Assembly: GCA_004347965.1 (NCBI GenBank)
Contig: QNVF01000003.1
Location: forward strand, 1 to 49,261
Origin: Candidatus Nezhaarchaeota archaeon WYZ-LMO8
GTDB lineage: Archaea > Thermoproteota > Methanomethylicia > Nezhaarchaeales > WYZ-LMO8
Direction: 5' to 3'
DNA length: 49,261 bases
The first letter of the stretch is position 1. The number at the start of each line of letters is the position of its first letter. Of this stretch, positions 18,529 to 27,748 are shown piece after piece. Made by a program: the position numbers and the translations under genes. The notes under the pieces are model-generated. The model searched no databases and was not told where the DNA came from. It saw nothing but the letters and a program-made list of their open reading frames with translations.

Positions 18529-18865
18529 CGGGCTCCTTACCATCGACAATTGAATACCACCCTTCTCCTCAACTTCGTTTTAGTCAATTTAAATTTTTTT
18601 AGCAACATGAGCATGGAACACAGAAGAGTTGTTGATGTATAATGTAGGAATTACTTTAAGGCGTGGAGACTTCTAACTTAAAATTGTTGATCCCATGTCT
18701 ATGTTTTAGAGTATTTTAGAGTAGCTATCAAGCTGATTTTATTGTGTAGCAATGTTCGGTCTGTTAAGATGCTCGGTGAACTTTAGTTAGAAGGTTTTGA
18801 ATGCTAGGATCTCAACTTAAATTGCTTCTCGAAACTATTAGTTAAATGGTATTGGAGGGTGTTTC

Positions 18866-19861
18866 TTGGTATCAGTATCTGCACCAGGTAAGATCACTTT
18901 ATTTGGTGAGCATGCCATCGTGTATGGTGAACCAGCAATCGCAATTGCCATAAACAAGAGGATTAGAGTTCATGCAACGAAGAGGAGTGATGATGCCATT
19001 AGGGTCGAGGCTAAAGACTTAGTGCTTGCAGGCTTTAAGGCCTTACTAACACCTAATGGCTCAATAACTCTTGAAGGTGAATCGGGGAAGATATTAGCGG
19101 CTTTAAGTTATGTGAAGAGAGCAATCGAAATAGTTCGTGAGAGGTATGGGATCAATGTTGGGGCTCACATCACCATTACGTCGGAGATGCCCGTAGGTGC
19201 AGGTCTAGGTACGTCAGCTGCTGTGGCTGTCTCAGTGATTAAGGCATATTCTCTATTAGCAGAACTAGACCTCAATAACGAAGAGTGCGCAGAGCTAGGG
19301 TACCATGTTGAGCTTAGTGTTCAGGGAAGGGCTAGTAGGATGGATTCTACAACAACAGCCATTGGCGGGGCTCTATACATAGATCCAAGAAAGGGGAAAG
19401 GTTACTGGGCTATTAAAGGAGTGGAGAGACTTAAGGGCCTAGTAGTTGGTTACGTGAATAGAGAAGCTAGTACAGGTGAAATGATTGAGAGAGTGAAGAA
19501 GCTTAGAGACTCTGTTCCTGAGGTGTTGGACTTAGTAATAAAGACCATTGGGGAGATAAGTAGGAAAGCTAAGAGCATGATTGAAGCTGGAATGGTAGAG
19601 GAACTGGGTACATTAATGAACATAAATCATGGACTCCTTGAAGCAATAGGGGTCTCAACAAGTAAACTGTCTCAAATGGTTTATGCAGCTAGATCTGCAG
19701 GAGCATTAGGATCGAAGATTACTGGAGCGGGAGGAGGAGGGTGCATTATAGCACTAGCTCCTCGAAGAGAGGAAGAGGTAATAGCAGCTCTAAAGGCTGT
19801 GGGAGCAGCTGCATTCAAAGCTGAGTTATCAAATGATGGCTTGAAAATAGAAGAGACATAG
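18866..19861 (+). CDS. mvk: mevalonate kinase (GHMP kinase family)
   Basis: N-terminal APGKITLFGEHAIVYGEPAIA, GHMP motif PVGAGLGTSAAV, and C-terminal KITGAGGGGC. TTG start after GGAGGG. Confidence 0.85.
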   Translation: MVSVSAPGKITLFGEHAIVYGEPAIAIAINKRIRVHATKRSDDAIRVEAKDLVLAGFKALLTPNGSITLEGESGKILAALSYVKRAIEIVRERYGINVGAHITITSEMPVGAGLGTSAAVAVSVIKAYSLLAELDLNNEECAELGYHVELSVQGRASRMDSTTTAIGGALYIDPRKGKGYWAIKGVERLKGLVVGYVNREASTGEMIERVKKLRDSVPEVLDLVIKTIGEISRKAKSMIEAGMVEELGTLMNINHGLLEAIGVSTSKLSQMVYAARSAGALGSKITGAGGGGCIIALAPRREEEVIAALKAVGAAAFKAELSNDGLKIEET

Positions 19862-20218
19862 CACTTTAAGTGTTAGTAGATGCGTTGATTGAGGTTGTAG
19901 AGACCCTTATTCAATAATTTTCTACTTGCTTTAGTTACTACAGCCATTTGAGGGGGTCCTAGCTTAAGTGATTGTAGTGACCATTAGGTAGTCGAGAATA
20001 GTTACCGGTGAAGTGAGACTCTGTGGTGCTTGTCAAAGTAACTCTCAACGAAGCCATGATATGTAGTCAAGTACTAAGGGGACGTATATATTCATAGTAA
20101 CCAGGTTATCCATAAGAGCCTAGCTAATGGGTATAAGCAACCACTTAAGTCCTAAGTGTTATACGGGTAAAACTTAAAAGAGCTAAATGCTAAAGCTCCC
20201 CGGTAATGGTGTAAGATC

Positions 20219-21226
20219 ATGATCTCAGAGATAGTCGCTTCAATTATATCGTTCATCGTCTCGTTGTTCGTAACCCCTTACTTCATGAAATTTCTTAATT
20301 TGGTTGGAGTAGTTGGTCTTGACTTGCAGAAGAAGGATAAACCCAAGCTTCCGACAAGTGGCGGTGTCTGCGTTGCTTTCGGTGTCTTAGCAGGCTTACT
20401 GAGCTATGTGGGGATCAAAACCTTCGTTTATGGCCTCCGAGTAGAAGTCATCCCTATACTCGCAATTCTTTCCTCTACTTTAATGGTTACGTTCGTTGGC
20501 CTACTGGATGATTTGAACGTTAGAGAAAGAGCCGTGAAGACAAAGGAAGGAGAAGACATAAGAGTTGGATTACCTCAATGGGTTAAGCCAATACTTACTC
20601 TACCCGCAGCAGTCCCCTTAATGGTAATAAAGGCTGGTCACACAACCATGTCCCTTCCATTCATAGGAGAAGTCGACTTTGGAATACTATACTCACTATT
20701 TTTAATCCCTATAGGGGTTGTTGGCGCCAGTAACGCCGTAAATCTTCTAGGTGGGTTTAATGGAATGGAGACTGGAATGGGCATAGTTTACATGCTGAGC
20801 CTTGGGGTATACGCCCTCCTAAACAGAAGTGTAGCTGCTGTTGTCTTCTTAGTATCCTTCGCTTCACTTCTTGGTTTCATACGTTACAACTGGTATCCAG
20901 CAAGGATACTTCCAGGGGATAGCTTAACTTACCTGCTCGGCTCTCTTGTTGCTTGCGGCGTAATAGTTGGTAACATGGAGAGAGCTGGTGTAATTGTCTT
21001 AACTCCCTTTATTGTAGAATTCTTCTTAAAGGCTAGATCTAGGTTTAAAGCTAGTTGTCTGGGAGTACTAAGGGAAGATGGGAGGTTGGATCCGCCTTAT
21101 GGAAGCAAGGTGTATAGTTTGACTCACTTAGTTTTACAGCTACGACCTACTGAGAAGCAGGTGACGCTTACGATGATATTGGTAGAAGCAACTTTCTCCT
21201 CAATTATTTTCTTAGGTGTACTTTAA
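20219..21226 (+). CDS. glycosyltransferase family 4, UDP-GlcNAc:dolichyl-phosphate GlcNAc-1-phosphate transferase-like (AglH/MraY superfamily)
   Basis: Polytopic membrane protein with LLDDL, NAVNLLGGFNGMETG and PGDSLTY motifs characteristic of MraY/WecA/AglH enzymes. Confidence 0.75.
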   Translation: MISEIVASIISFIVSLFVTPYFMKFLNLVGVVGLDLQKKDKPKLPTSGGVCVAFGVLAGLLSYVGIKTFVYGLRVEVIPILAILSSTLMVTFVGLLDDLNVRERAVKTKEGEDIRVGLPQWVKPILTLPAAVPLMVIKAGHTTMSLPFIGEVDFGILYSLFLIPIGVVGASNAVNLLGGFNGMETGMGIVYMLSLGVYALLNRSVAAVVFLVSFASLLGFIRYNWYPARILPGDSLTYLLGSLVACGVIVGNMERAGVIVLTPFIVEFFLKARSRFKASCLGVLREDGRLDPPYGSKVYSLTHLVLQLRPTEKQVTLTMILVEATFSSIIFLGVL

Positions 21227-21252
21227 TGATGGAGTTGGAGGTTTAGTAAAAA

Positions 21253-21462
21253 ATGTCTTCCAATAAACTTAAGGTTAATTCGGAAGTGGTGGAGCGAACC
21301 TACAGAATTATTAGGTTAGCTTTGGAGCTGGATGAATACTGGAGGAGGACAACGCCATTATACGAGCTGAGTAATGAGGATGTTGAAAGGATTCTAAGTT
21401 TACTAGCTCAGATCGAGGAAGTGATTTTTCAGCTCAGAAAGGAGCTTGGATCTAAGCCATAG
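21253..21462 (+). CDS. small helical hypothetical protein
   Basis: 69-aa ORF preceded by GGAGG. Its 3' end overlaps the convergent PIN-ATPase gene by 11 nt. No recognisable motif. Confidence 0.3.
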   Translation: MSSNKLKVNSEVVERTYRIIRLALELDEYWRRTTPLYELSNEDVERILSLLAQIEEVIFQLRKELGSKP

Positions 21463-22993
21463 GTCTTACTTCTATGTGCATGTCGAAGCGCTTACTTATC
21501 CTATCCAGCTTTTTGCGGCACTTCTTCATGACGAGTGGCAAGTAGTGTCGGGGTACGTAGATAAAGGCTACTCCTTCCTCAGGCATCTCTAATTCAAAGT
21601 CTGGAGTAACCTTACTTAAGGCATGCTCTAAAGCCTTTGTGACCACTGAACTGGGGACTTTGAGGCCTCTCTTGACTGGGACTACGAAAGTCCTCTCACC
21701 AAAGACGTAGAGCTCGTATTCAGGTTCATCGGTCAAGAAGTCCTTAACCATAACAACTGGTCTTGCCAAGTCCTCCTCCTTTAGACCATGAGGTATCTTG
21801 ATCGTAGTCTCTATTGAGTAGACCTTCTTTACATTGCCCTCACTTATGAAGAGTACTGTGTCAACTATTGAAGGTATCATGCCTAGCTCGACTCTACCGA
21901 CAAACCTCTGTATAGCATCTATTGGTGATGTAGCATGTACTACCCCAACCATCCCAACACCAGCTAATCTTAAGTCTGCATAAAGCTTGAAGTCCTCTGT
22001 GTCCCTCATCTCATCGAATATTGTGTAGTCTGGTCTACTTAGCAGTAGGACGTCGTGGATCTCTTGTGAGGATGCTACGCTCTTAGAATATTGTGTGATG
22101 TCTTGGGGTAGCTGTAAGTCTCTTGGCGCTTCTATCGTCTTAACGACCTTGTTCTTCCTCTTATAGTATTCTGCTAGAGCTTGAGCAAACGTACTTTTAC
22201 CCATTCCAGGCGCTCCTGCTATGAGAATCCCTTCAGCATGAGAATCTAATCTCTCAATCAACTTTGGAGGTAAGTTGTAGTCCTCTAGCTTCAACTTAAC
22301 TATTGGTCTAACAGCTGTGAGTTCTAGTCCATCTGAGAATGGTGGTCTAGTTATGACTATTCTATAGCTACCTAATTGCACTATGGTTGATGACTCCCTA
22401 TCAACCTCTATGAAGCCATCAGGTGAGCTTCTCGCTTTCTCCATAATCTCAGTGATTATTGTCTGAAGCTCTTCGCGTGTCATAGGTGAAGACCTTATGG
22501 GTTCAAAGGTCCACTTACCTGGTTGCCCTCTCTTAGCATAAGGTACTACGCCCTCCTTTAAGTGGACAGACATCGTTCTGTTATCGAAAAACTCCTCGAG
22601 CTTCATCTCGCCCTCCGGCTTAACATGAAGAACGTTTATCCCCATGGCTTCAGCTACCTTTGCCATGACCACATCGCATGTTATAAGTGTTCCTTTTAAG
22701 TCAAGTGCTAGCTCCCTTATCATTTCATTAAGGGCTTCTAGGGAAAGCTTCTTGCCACCATTAGCTTCACCGACGAGGGCTAGCTTAACTCCTTTGCTTT
22801 CGCATGTCCTTCTAAGGCTTGACAGCTCTTCTAGCCCTGAAAAATCGTTAAACCTAGCTCTCCTCTCTAACTCACTTATTATGGCTCTATGTACCACAAG
22901 CCTATCCTTAATTACTCCATCCTCTACTAGTCTTCTGACCACACCTGTCTCTATGGCTAAGAGGTCTGGCACGTAAACTCCTGAATAAGTCAT
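21452..22993 (-). CDS. PIN domain / PilT-like P-loop ATPase / KH domain protein (archaeal COG1855-type)
   Basis: N-terminal PIN-like region (VPDLLAI...), Walker A GAPGMGKST, Walker B-like IFDEMRD, and a C-terminal KH-like region. The 513-aa architecture matches conserved archaeal PilT-family ATPases. Confidence 0.7.
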   Translation of the reverse strand: MTYSGVYVPDLLAIETGVVRRLVEDGVIKDRLVVHRAIISELERRARFNDFSGLEELSSLRRTCESKGVKLALVGEANGGKKLSLEALNEMIRELALDLKGTLITCDVVMAKVAEAMGINVLHVKPEGEMKLEEFFDNRTMSVHLKEGVVPYAKRGQPGKWTFEPIRSSPMTREELQTIITEIMEKARSSPDGFIEVDRESSTIVQLGSYRIVITRPPFSDGLELTAVRPIVKLKLEDYNLPPKLIERLDSHAEGILIAGAPGMGKSTFAQALAEYYKRKNKVVKTIEAPRDLQLPQDITQYSKSVASSQEIHDVLLLSRPDYTIFDEMRDTEDFKLYADLRLAGVGMVGVVHATSPIDAIQRFVGRVELGMIPSIVDTVLFISEGNVKKVYSIETTIKIPHGLKEEDLARPVVMVKDFLTDEPEYELYVFGERTFVVPVKRGLKVPSSVVTKALEHALSKVTPDFELEMPEEGVAFIYVPRHYLPLVMKKCRKKLDRISKRFDMHIEVRPMA

Positions 22994-23106
22994 AGCTGAT
23001 AACTCACACCTCTACGTAAGGTCAACCTTAGCTAACCTGTAGAGTATTTTATAAACGTTTTCAATGAATAAGGTGGGAAGTCTCTGCGGATCGGTGGTTA
23101 GTTAAG

Positions 23107-23760
23107 ATGAAGTTGAGAAGTAAGCTGTACTATTATCCTGAAACCGGCTTCACATCTAACTCCTACATTATTGAAGATGGCGTCAGGGTACTGGTAGATC
23201 CTGGACATCAGAACCATCTTCAAAGTCTCATCGAATTTATGAGAGAGGATGGTCTTGAGCTAAGAGACATAGACTACATAATTGTAACTCACGCTCATGT
23301 AGATCATTGCGGCGCAGTTTACGAGATCCAAAAGCAGTACGGTATTAAAGTTGCAATGCATGAATTTGAGAAACAATACATGTACGGACAGTCAAAGTTC
23401 TTTCTTAGGCTACTAGGATTAAGCTTTACACCTTTTGATGTAAGTTACTGGTTTAAAGAAAGTGAAGATAGATTCGAAGGTCTTGACGTTACAATTCTTC
23501 ACACACCAGGACATACTCCTGGAAGCATATCAATATACTCTCCAACTCAAAAATACCTGATTACAGGTGATCTGGTCTTTGATGGGGGTGTTGGAAGAAC
23601 AGATTTAGGTGGTGATAGCACTCTTTTGACAAGATCCATAGAGCGGGTTTCTCAACTAGATGTGGAGCTCCTATTACCAGGACATGGACCTATAATTGTG
23701 GGTGCAAATAACGTTTCAAGAAACTTCAAGCTGATAAAGAACTTCATGAGTTACTTATAG
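23107..23760 (+). CDS. MBL-fold metallo-hydrolase (glyoxalase II-like)
   Basis: THAHVDHCG (HxHxDH), HTPGHTPG, GDLVF and LPGHG motifs. Confidence 0.8.
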   Translation: MKLRSKLYYYPETGFTSNSYIIEDGVRVLVDPGHQNHLQSLIEFMREDGLELRDIDYIIVTHAHVDHCGAVYEIQKQYGIKVAMHEFEKQYMYGQSKFFLRLLGLSFTPFDVSYWFKESEDRFEGLDVTILHTPGHTPGSISIYSPTQKYLITGDLVFDGGVGRTDLGGDSTLLTRSIERVSQLDVELLLPGHGPIIVGANNVSRNFKLIKNFMSYL

Positions 23761-23824
23761 ATAAAAAGTAGTAAAACGTAAAGAGGGAAGATCGTTAAAA
23801 GTAAAGACTTAGTGTGAGTAAGGT

Positions 23825-24265
23825 ATGAGCTACATAAATCTTGTATACATAGACAAGAAGGGCTACGAAGTTAAGAGATTAAGAATTCAAGAGGAGACCT
23901 ACGAGTACCTCATCAGTACAAGAGCCAGATGGGAGCCGGTAATAGCTATCGAGGGCGTAACGTTGAGGGCTAACAATGTGTATCAGATAAGCATAAGGCC
24001 AATAAGGCTCAGCCCCAACGAGCTCGTGGTACCATGCCCTGTAGAGTGGAATGGTCTAGGTCAGCTAGTAAGCGTAGGTCGAAGAGGAATTCCCAGAAAG
24101 GTTGAGAGAGAAAGATTATTTGACCATGCCAACTTCTTGGCTTTCAGAGATGGCAATATCTTAGAGGGGGACCTACTTGGAGTTCTAAACGTGTTCCCTC
24201 AAGCAACAATACTGCCCATACTACGATCAACTACTCGAGAAGTCCCACCGCCATATAGGAGCTAG
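23825..24265 (+). CDS. conserved hypothetical protein, paralog B of ORF 3715..4173
   Basis: 146-aa ORF sharing colinear blocks with 3715..4173 (YEYLIST.ARW, PCPV, LGQL, FLAFRDGNILEGDLLGV). Its stop lies 5 nt from the convergent cooC stop. Confidence 0.5.
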   Translation: MSYINLVYIDKKGYEVKRLRIQEETYEYLISTRARWEPVIAIEGVTLRANNVYQISIRPIRLSPNELVVPCPVEWNGLGQLVSVGRRGIPRKVERERLFDHANFLAFRDGNILEGDLLGVLNVFPQATILPILRSTTREVPPPYRS

Positions 24266-24270
24266 ATTTA

Positions 24271-25050
24271 CTATCGCACTAAGTTCATCTTCTTTACGAT
24301 GTTCTTTACGGCTCTAAGGGCTGGGCTATCATCAGGAAGTTTTAGTAGAGATACACCTTCAAGGTTAAAGTGGAAGACATTCTCATCGTAGGGAACTATT
24401 CCTAGAGGCTCTACTCCTATCTCGTTAGCGTATTTGTAAAGTAAGTTCTCTTGATCTAAAGAGAACTTGTTACCTACGAGGAATATATTCTTGAACTCTA
24501 TGTGAACCTCACTTGCTAGGTTCTTTATTCTTGAAGCCGTCATGAAGCCCATCTTGCTTGGATCGGTTACTATTATCATGTAGTCGACGTCTCGATCCGT
24601 TCTTCTACTTAGGTGCTCGAGGCCTGCCTCCATGTCCATTAACGTTATAGCGTAGTTCCTAGACAAAGCATCGACAACCTCGGTAAGGACATCGTTAACC
24701 ATGCAGTAGCAGCCCTCACCTTCAGTTCTGCCCATAACGAGGAGGTCAAAGTCAGGAAGCTCATTCAACACCTCAAACACTTTAAACTCGAGGAAGTCCC
24801 TTTTAGAAAGCAAAGGTGGGAGCTCCCCTCTGTCTATTGCTTTTTTTAGCTCATTTGTGACCTCCCCAACAGTCTTACCGATCTTCACACCTAAGACGTC
24901 TGGTAAATTAGAAGCTGGATCAGCATCAACAACAAGTATTGACTTGATCCCCATGTCTATGAGAGCCCTTAGCATGAGAGCAGTAATCGTTGTCTTACCT
25001 ACACCACCTTTACCTGAAACAGCTATCACAAGCTTCTCACTTCTTGACAC
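24271..25050 (-). CDS. cooC: CooC-type nickel-insertion accessory ATPase for CODH/ACS
   Basis: Deviant Walker A GKGGVGKTT, the CooC CxC metal-binding motif GEGCYCMVN, and position as the last gene of the cdh operon. Confidence 0.8.
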   Translation of the reverse strand: MSRSEKLVIAVSGKGGVGKTTITALMLRALIDMGIKSILVVDADPASNLPDVLGVKIGKTVGEVTNELKKAIDRGELPPLLSKRDFLEFKVFEVLNELPDFDLLVMGRTEGEGCYCMVNDVLTEVVDALSRNYAITLMDMEAGLEHLSRRTDRDVDYMIIVTDPSKMGFMTASRIKNLASEVHIEFKNIFLVGNKFSLDQENLLYKYANEIGVEPLGIVPYDENVFHFNLEGVSLLKLPDDSPALRAVKNIVKKMNLVR

Positions 25051-25123
25051 TTAATCTCACCTCAAGAATGATTTGAGTTAGAAGAAGGAAGAGTAATAGA
25101 AGAGAAAATTGTAGTAAAGTACT

Positions 25124-26548
25124 TTAAGCCGATTCCATCTCCTTCTTCAGAACTTTTTCTACAAATTCCGGTATGGCTGACGAATCCCTTGGACCAACTA
25201 GAACCTTCCACCCTGAAAGAAGCTCTTCAAGTTCACCACTAAGCCTAGCTGCTCTGCCTGGTATTACTAGCACCTTCTTCTTGAGCTTCTGATTCAGTCC
25301 GCTGGACTTTATGGCTTCAGCGAACTTATCTGCTGTTAATCTCCTGCCGGCTACTGATGATTCTACACTTAAACCCTCACTGTCCGCCACTACTAGGTAA
25401 GCATCTATCTTAGCGTTCTCTATGTCACCTCTAACCAAGAAGTACGTGAGCGCAAAGTTACCCGTTGCAAATACTGGTGAAACGTCTGTGGGCTTGCCTA
25501 TCTCGTATACTCCAGGCTTTACTGATGGTGGCACCCTCGGATCTGTGTAAATGTTCTGTCTCCACACTAATAGGGGCATTAGGACCCAAGGATCAAAGCT
25601 GTGCATTACCAGTAAGTCAGCGTACCTAGTCATCATTATTGATGCTACATAAGATTCCTTCATTTTCTTCTCGACTTCATCTCCTTCAGGGTCCATCCAA
25701 ACTACAGCTGGCACAGCCATTAGCGGAAAACCTACAGATTTATCCTCTTTTTCTATTGCAGCTCGTCTCAGCATCGTGAAGATGTTGATCGTTTCAGCTA
25801 GTGAATCTCCTCTTACAAACGTTCCTGGGTCTAGCACTATATCTTCTATTCCTGTGCTGATGAAGGTTGAAGCCAAGCTCTTTAGCGTATTTAAGTCTCC
25901 TGGCGATGAAATGGCTATCGGGCATTTGTATTTGCTAGCTAAATCGAGCATCTCTTTCCAATTATTCCTAGTTGCAGCGTATATGAGTGGTCTCTTATCG
26001 CCAACAACAGTCAACGCCTCCTCCATGGCGTCTGGGCTATAGGAACATAGTATTAGTGGTAGCGAAACGTTCTTTGATAGCACGTCTGCAGCTTTAGCAA
26101 ACTTCTCAGGGTTACCAGATACGTATCGGAGAGCTATCAAGTTAAGCCTTAATTGTTGACCTATTCTCTCGAATGTATACGATTCTATGGCCTTAGCCCT
26201 CTTGATTAAGGGATCGGCATCCACGTCATCCATGACGTCTATCGCTATAGCTGTGGGGTTATGATACGTAAGCTCATGCCTATACATGACGCGCTTACCC
26301 CCCACAATCACTTGATATGGTGGGGTTCCTATGGTGACGGCCTTGACTGGTGGTCTCGTAACTTCAAGTGCTTTTTGAAGCTTGCTCTTGTACTTCGGGT
26401 CCTTGAAGAGGGGCCTGCATTGAGTTATCTCCACTACGCCGTCAGCTACCTTTGCCGCGAAGGCCATGCACGTTGACTCTCCGCACTCACCACAATTTGT
26501 TTGGGGGAGTACACCGTAGACTTCTAGAGGTCTAAGTATCTTGGGCAT
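25124..26548 (-). CDS. cdhE: ACDS gamma subunit / corrinoid iron-sulfur protein large subunit
   Basis: N-terminal [4Fe-4S] motif NCGECGESTCMAFA, a TIM-barrel middle domain, ~474 aa, and operon context. Confidence 0.85.
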   Translation of the reverse strand: MPKILRPLEVYGVLPQTNCGECGESTCMAFAAKVADGVVEITQCRPLFKDPKYKSKLQKALEVTRPPVKAVTIGTPPYQVIVGGKRVMYRHELTYHNPTAIAIDVMDDVDADPLIKRAKAIESYTFERIGQQLRLNLIALRYVSGNPEKFAKAADVLSKNVSLPLILCSYSPDAMEEALTVVGDKRPLIYAATRNNWKEMLDLASKYKCPIAISSPGDLNTLKSLASTFISTGIEDIVLDPGTFVRGDSLAETINIFTMLRRAAIEKEDKSVGFPLMAVPAVVWMDPEGDEVEKKMKESYVASIMMTRYADLLVMHSFDPWVLMPLLVWRQNIYTDPRVPPSVKPGVYEIGKPTDVSPVFATGNFALTYFLVRGDIENAKIDAYLVVADSEGLSVESSVAGRRLTADKFAEAIKSSGLNQKLKKKVLVIPGRAARLSGELEELLSGWKVLVGPRDSSAIPEFVEKVLKKEMESA

Positions 26549-26551
26549 GAT

Positions 26552-27748
26552 TTACACCCTCATACTAACCCAGTCACTATAATCGATTTCTTCAAGCTTG
26601 GTGTCGAGCTTGGGCTTCGATAGTATCTCAGCTAAGCCCTTGACTATTTTCGCTGCTAATGGATGCATCATCATAAACATGTCTGCTCCAGCTAATAGAC
26701 CGACAATTGCTGTTGTGGTCTCCCATAGAGGGCCTCTATACTCTCTTGGACCCCATTCATCTACCTTCATCCACGCTTCTCTAGCAGCCCAAGCATTTGT
26801 TGCTGCACAAGATAATGGTGCCTGAAGCGTCTCGTCCCCCATTAGTCCTGAGAGCCTTATCCTCTCCATCACACTAAAGGAGTACTCGATACCGTATCCA
26901 AGTGCTCCTGTTGTTGGGTCTAATATGAGGTGGTCCTTTGGTAATCCTGCTTCAGTAAGCTTTCGTGAGAGCTCCTTAGCTTGATTTATGTCCATGAACG
27001 CTAAGGCCACAAGGTTATGACCGTACTTCGATATGACTTTCGCGATAGCGTCTAGGTCCATGTCTATTGTGGCTGAAGCGAACACTAGTCTCTCTCCAGC
27101 AGTCATCTCAGCTAAGTATTGAAATACTTGAAGATCCTTCTGCGGATTTCCAGAGCCTCCAATTATTATCGGTATATCAACTGCTTGAAGAACTCTTTCA
27201 ACAGCTTTAGCAGCTTCTTGGGGTGGTGTATCCTTTAATGTGGGATCTGTACTTACTAAGTGTAGTGAGACTAAATCGGCACCATAAACTTGAATAGCCT
27301 TCTTAGCCCATTCAGCAGGGTCTTCGAGCACATCTTTGTAAGCGCTTTTGACAGGACCAGCTAGTGGTACTATTGGCTGATCGAAGACATCAAGTGCTAT
27401 GATAGGTCTGTTCTTTGGTGGGCTTTCAAACCTATAGAAAGGTGGACAGGTCTCTCCGCCTATCTTTATCACTTTACCTCTAGTCCCACCTTCAGCCCTC
27501 GTAGCTCCTATTTGAACCTCAGGTATTGAGCCTGAGTACTTGATCACTGGAGGCTCAAACTTCTCCATCTTAAGCTCAATGACCTTCTTGAGAGCAGCAG
27601 CAGCTTCAGGTGCTGTGACCGCCATTGTCTGCATTACTACCGGGAGGAACTCTATGGCTAGCTCCTCAGCCTCTATCGTTACATCATGTAATTCTAATTC
27701 GGATGCTTGATCAAGTAGTTTAAGAAGATCGAGGAGCTCTTTGCTCAA
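26552..27748 (-). CDS. cdhD: ACDS delta subunit / corrinoid iron-sulfur protein small subunit
   Basis: Blocks SLHLVSTDP, AVDIPIIIGGSGNPQKD, LDPTTGALGYGIEYS, MERIRL and GPREYRGPLWE are typical of CdhD/AcsD. The TTG start overlaps the cdhC end by 29 nt. Confidence 0.85.
   Translation of the reverse strand: MSKELLDLLKLLDQASELELHDVTIEAEELAIEFLPVVMQTMAVTAPEAAAALKKVIELKMEKFEPPVIKYSGSIPEVQIGATRAEGGTRGKVIKIGGETCPPFYRFESPPKNRPIIALDVFDQPIVPLAGPVKSAYKDVLEDPAEWAKKAIQVYGADLVSLHLVSTDPTLKDTPPQEAAKAVERVLQAVDIPIIIGGSGNPQKDLQVFQYLAEMTAGERLVFASATIDMDLDAIAKVISKYGHNLVALAFMDINQAKELSRKLTEAGLPKDHLILDPTTGALGYGIEYSFSVMERIRLSGLMGDETLQAPLSCAATNAWAAREAWMKVDEWGPREYRGPLWETTTAIVGLLAGADMFMMMHPLAAKIVKGLAEILSKPKLDTKLEEIDYSDWVSMRV

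Noticed and set aside
18704-18723. Possible CRISPR array or other longer tandem-repeat array
   Set aside because: Only two copies of a 10-mer are present, with no spacers. No repeat-spacer structure or cas genes were seen anywhere in the window.
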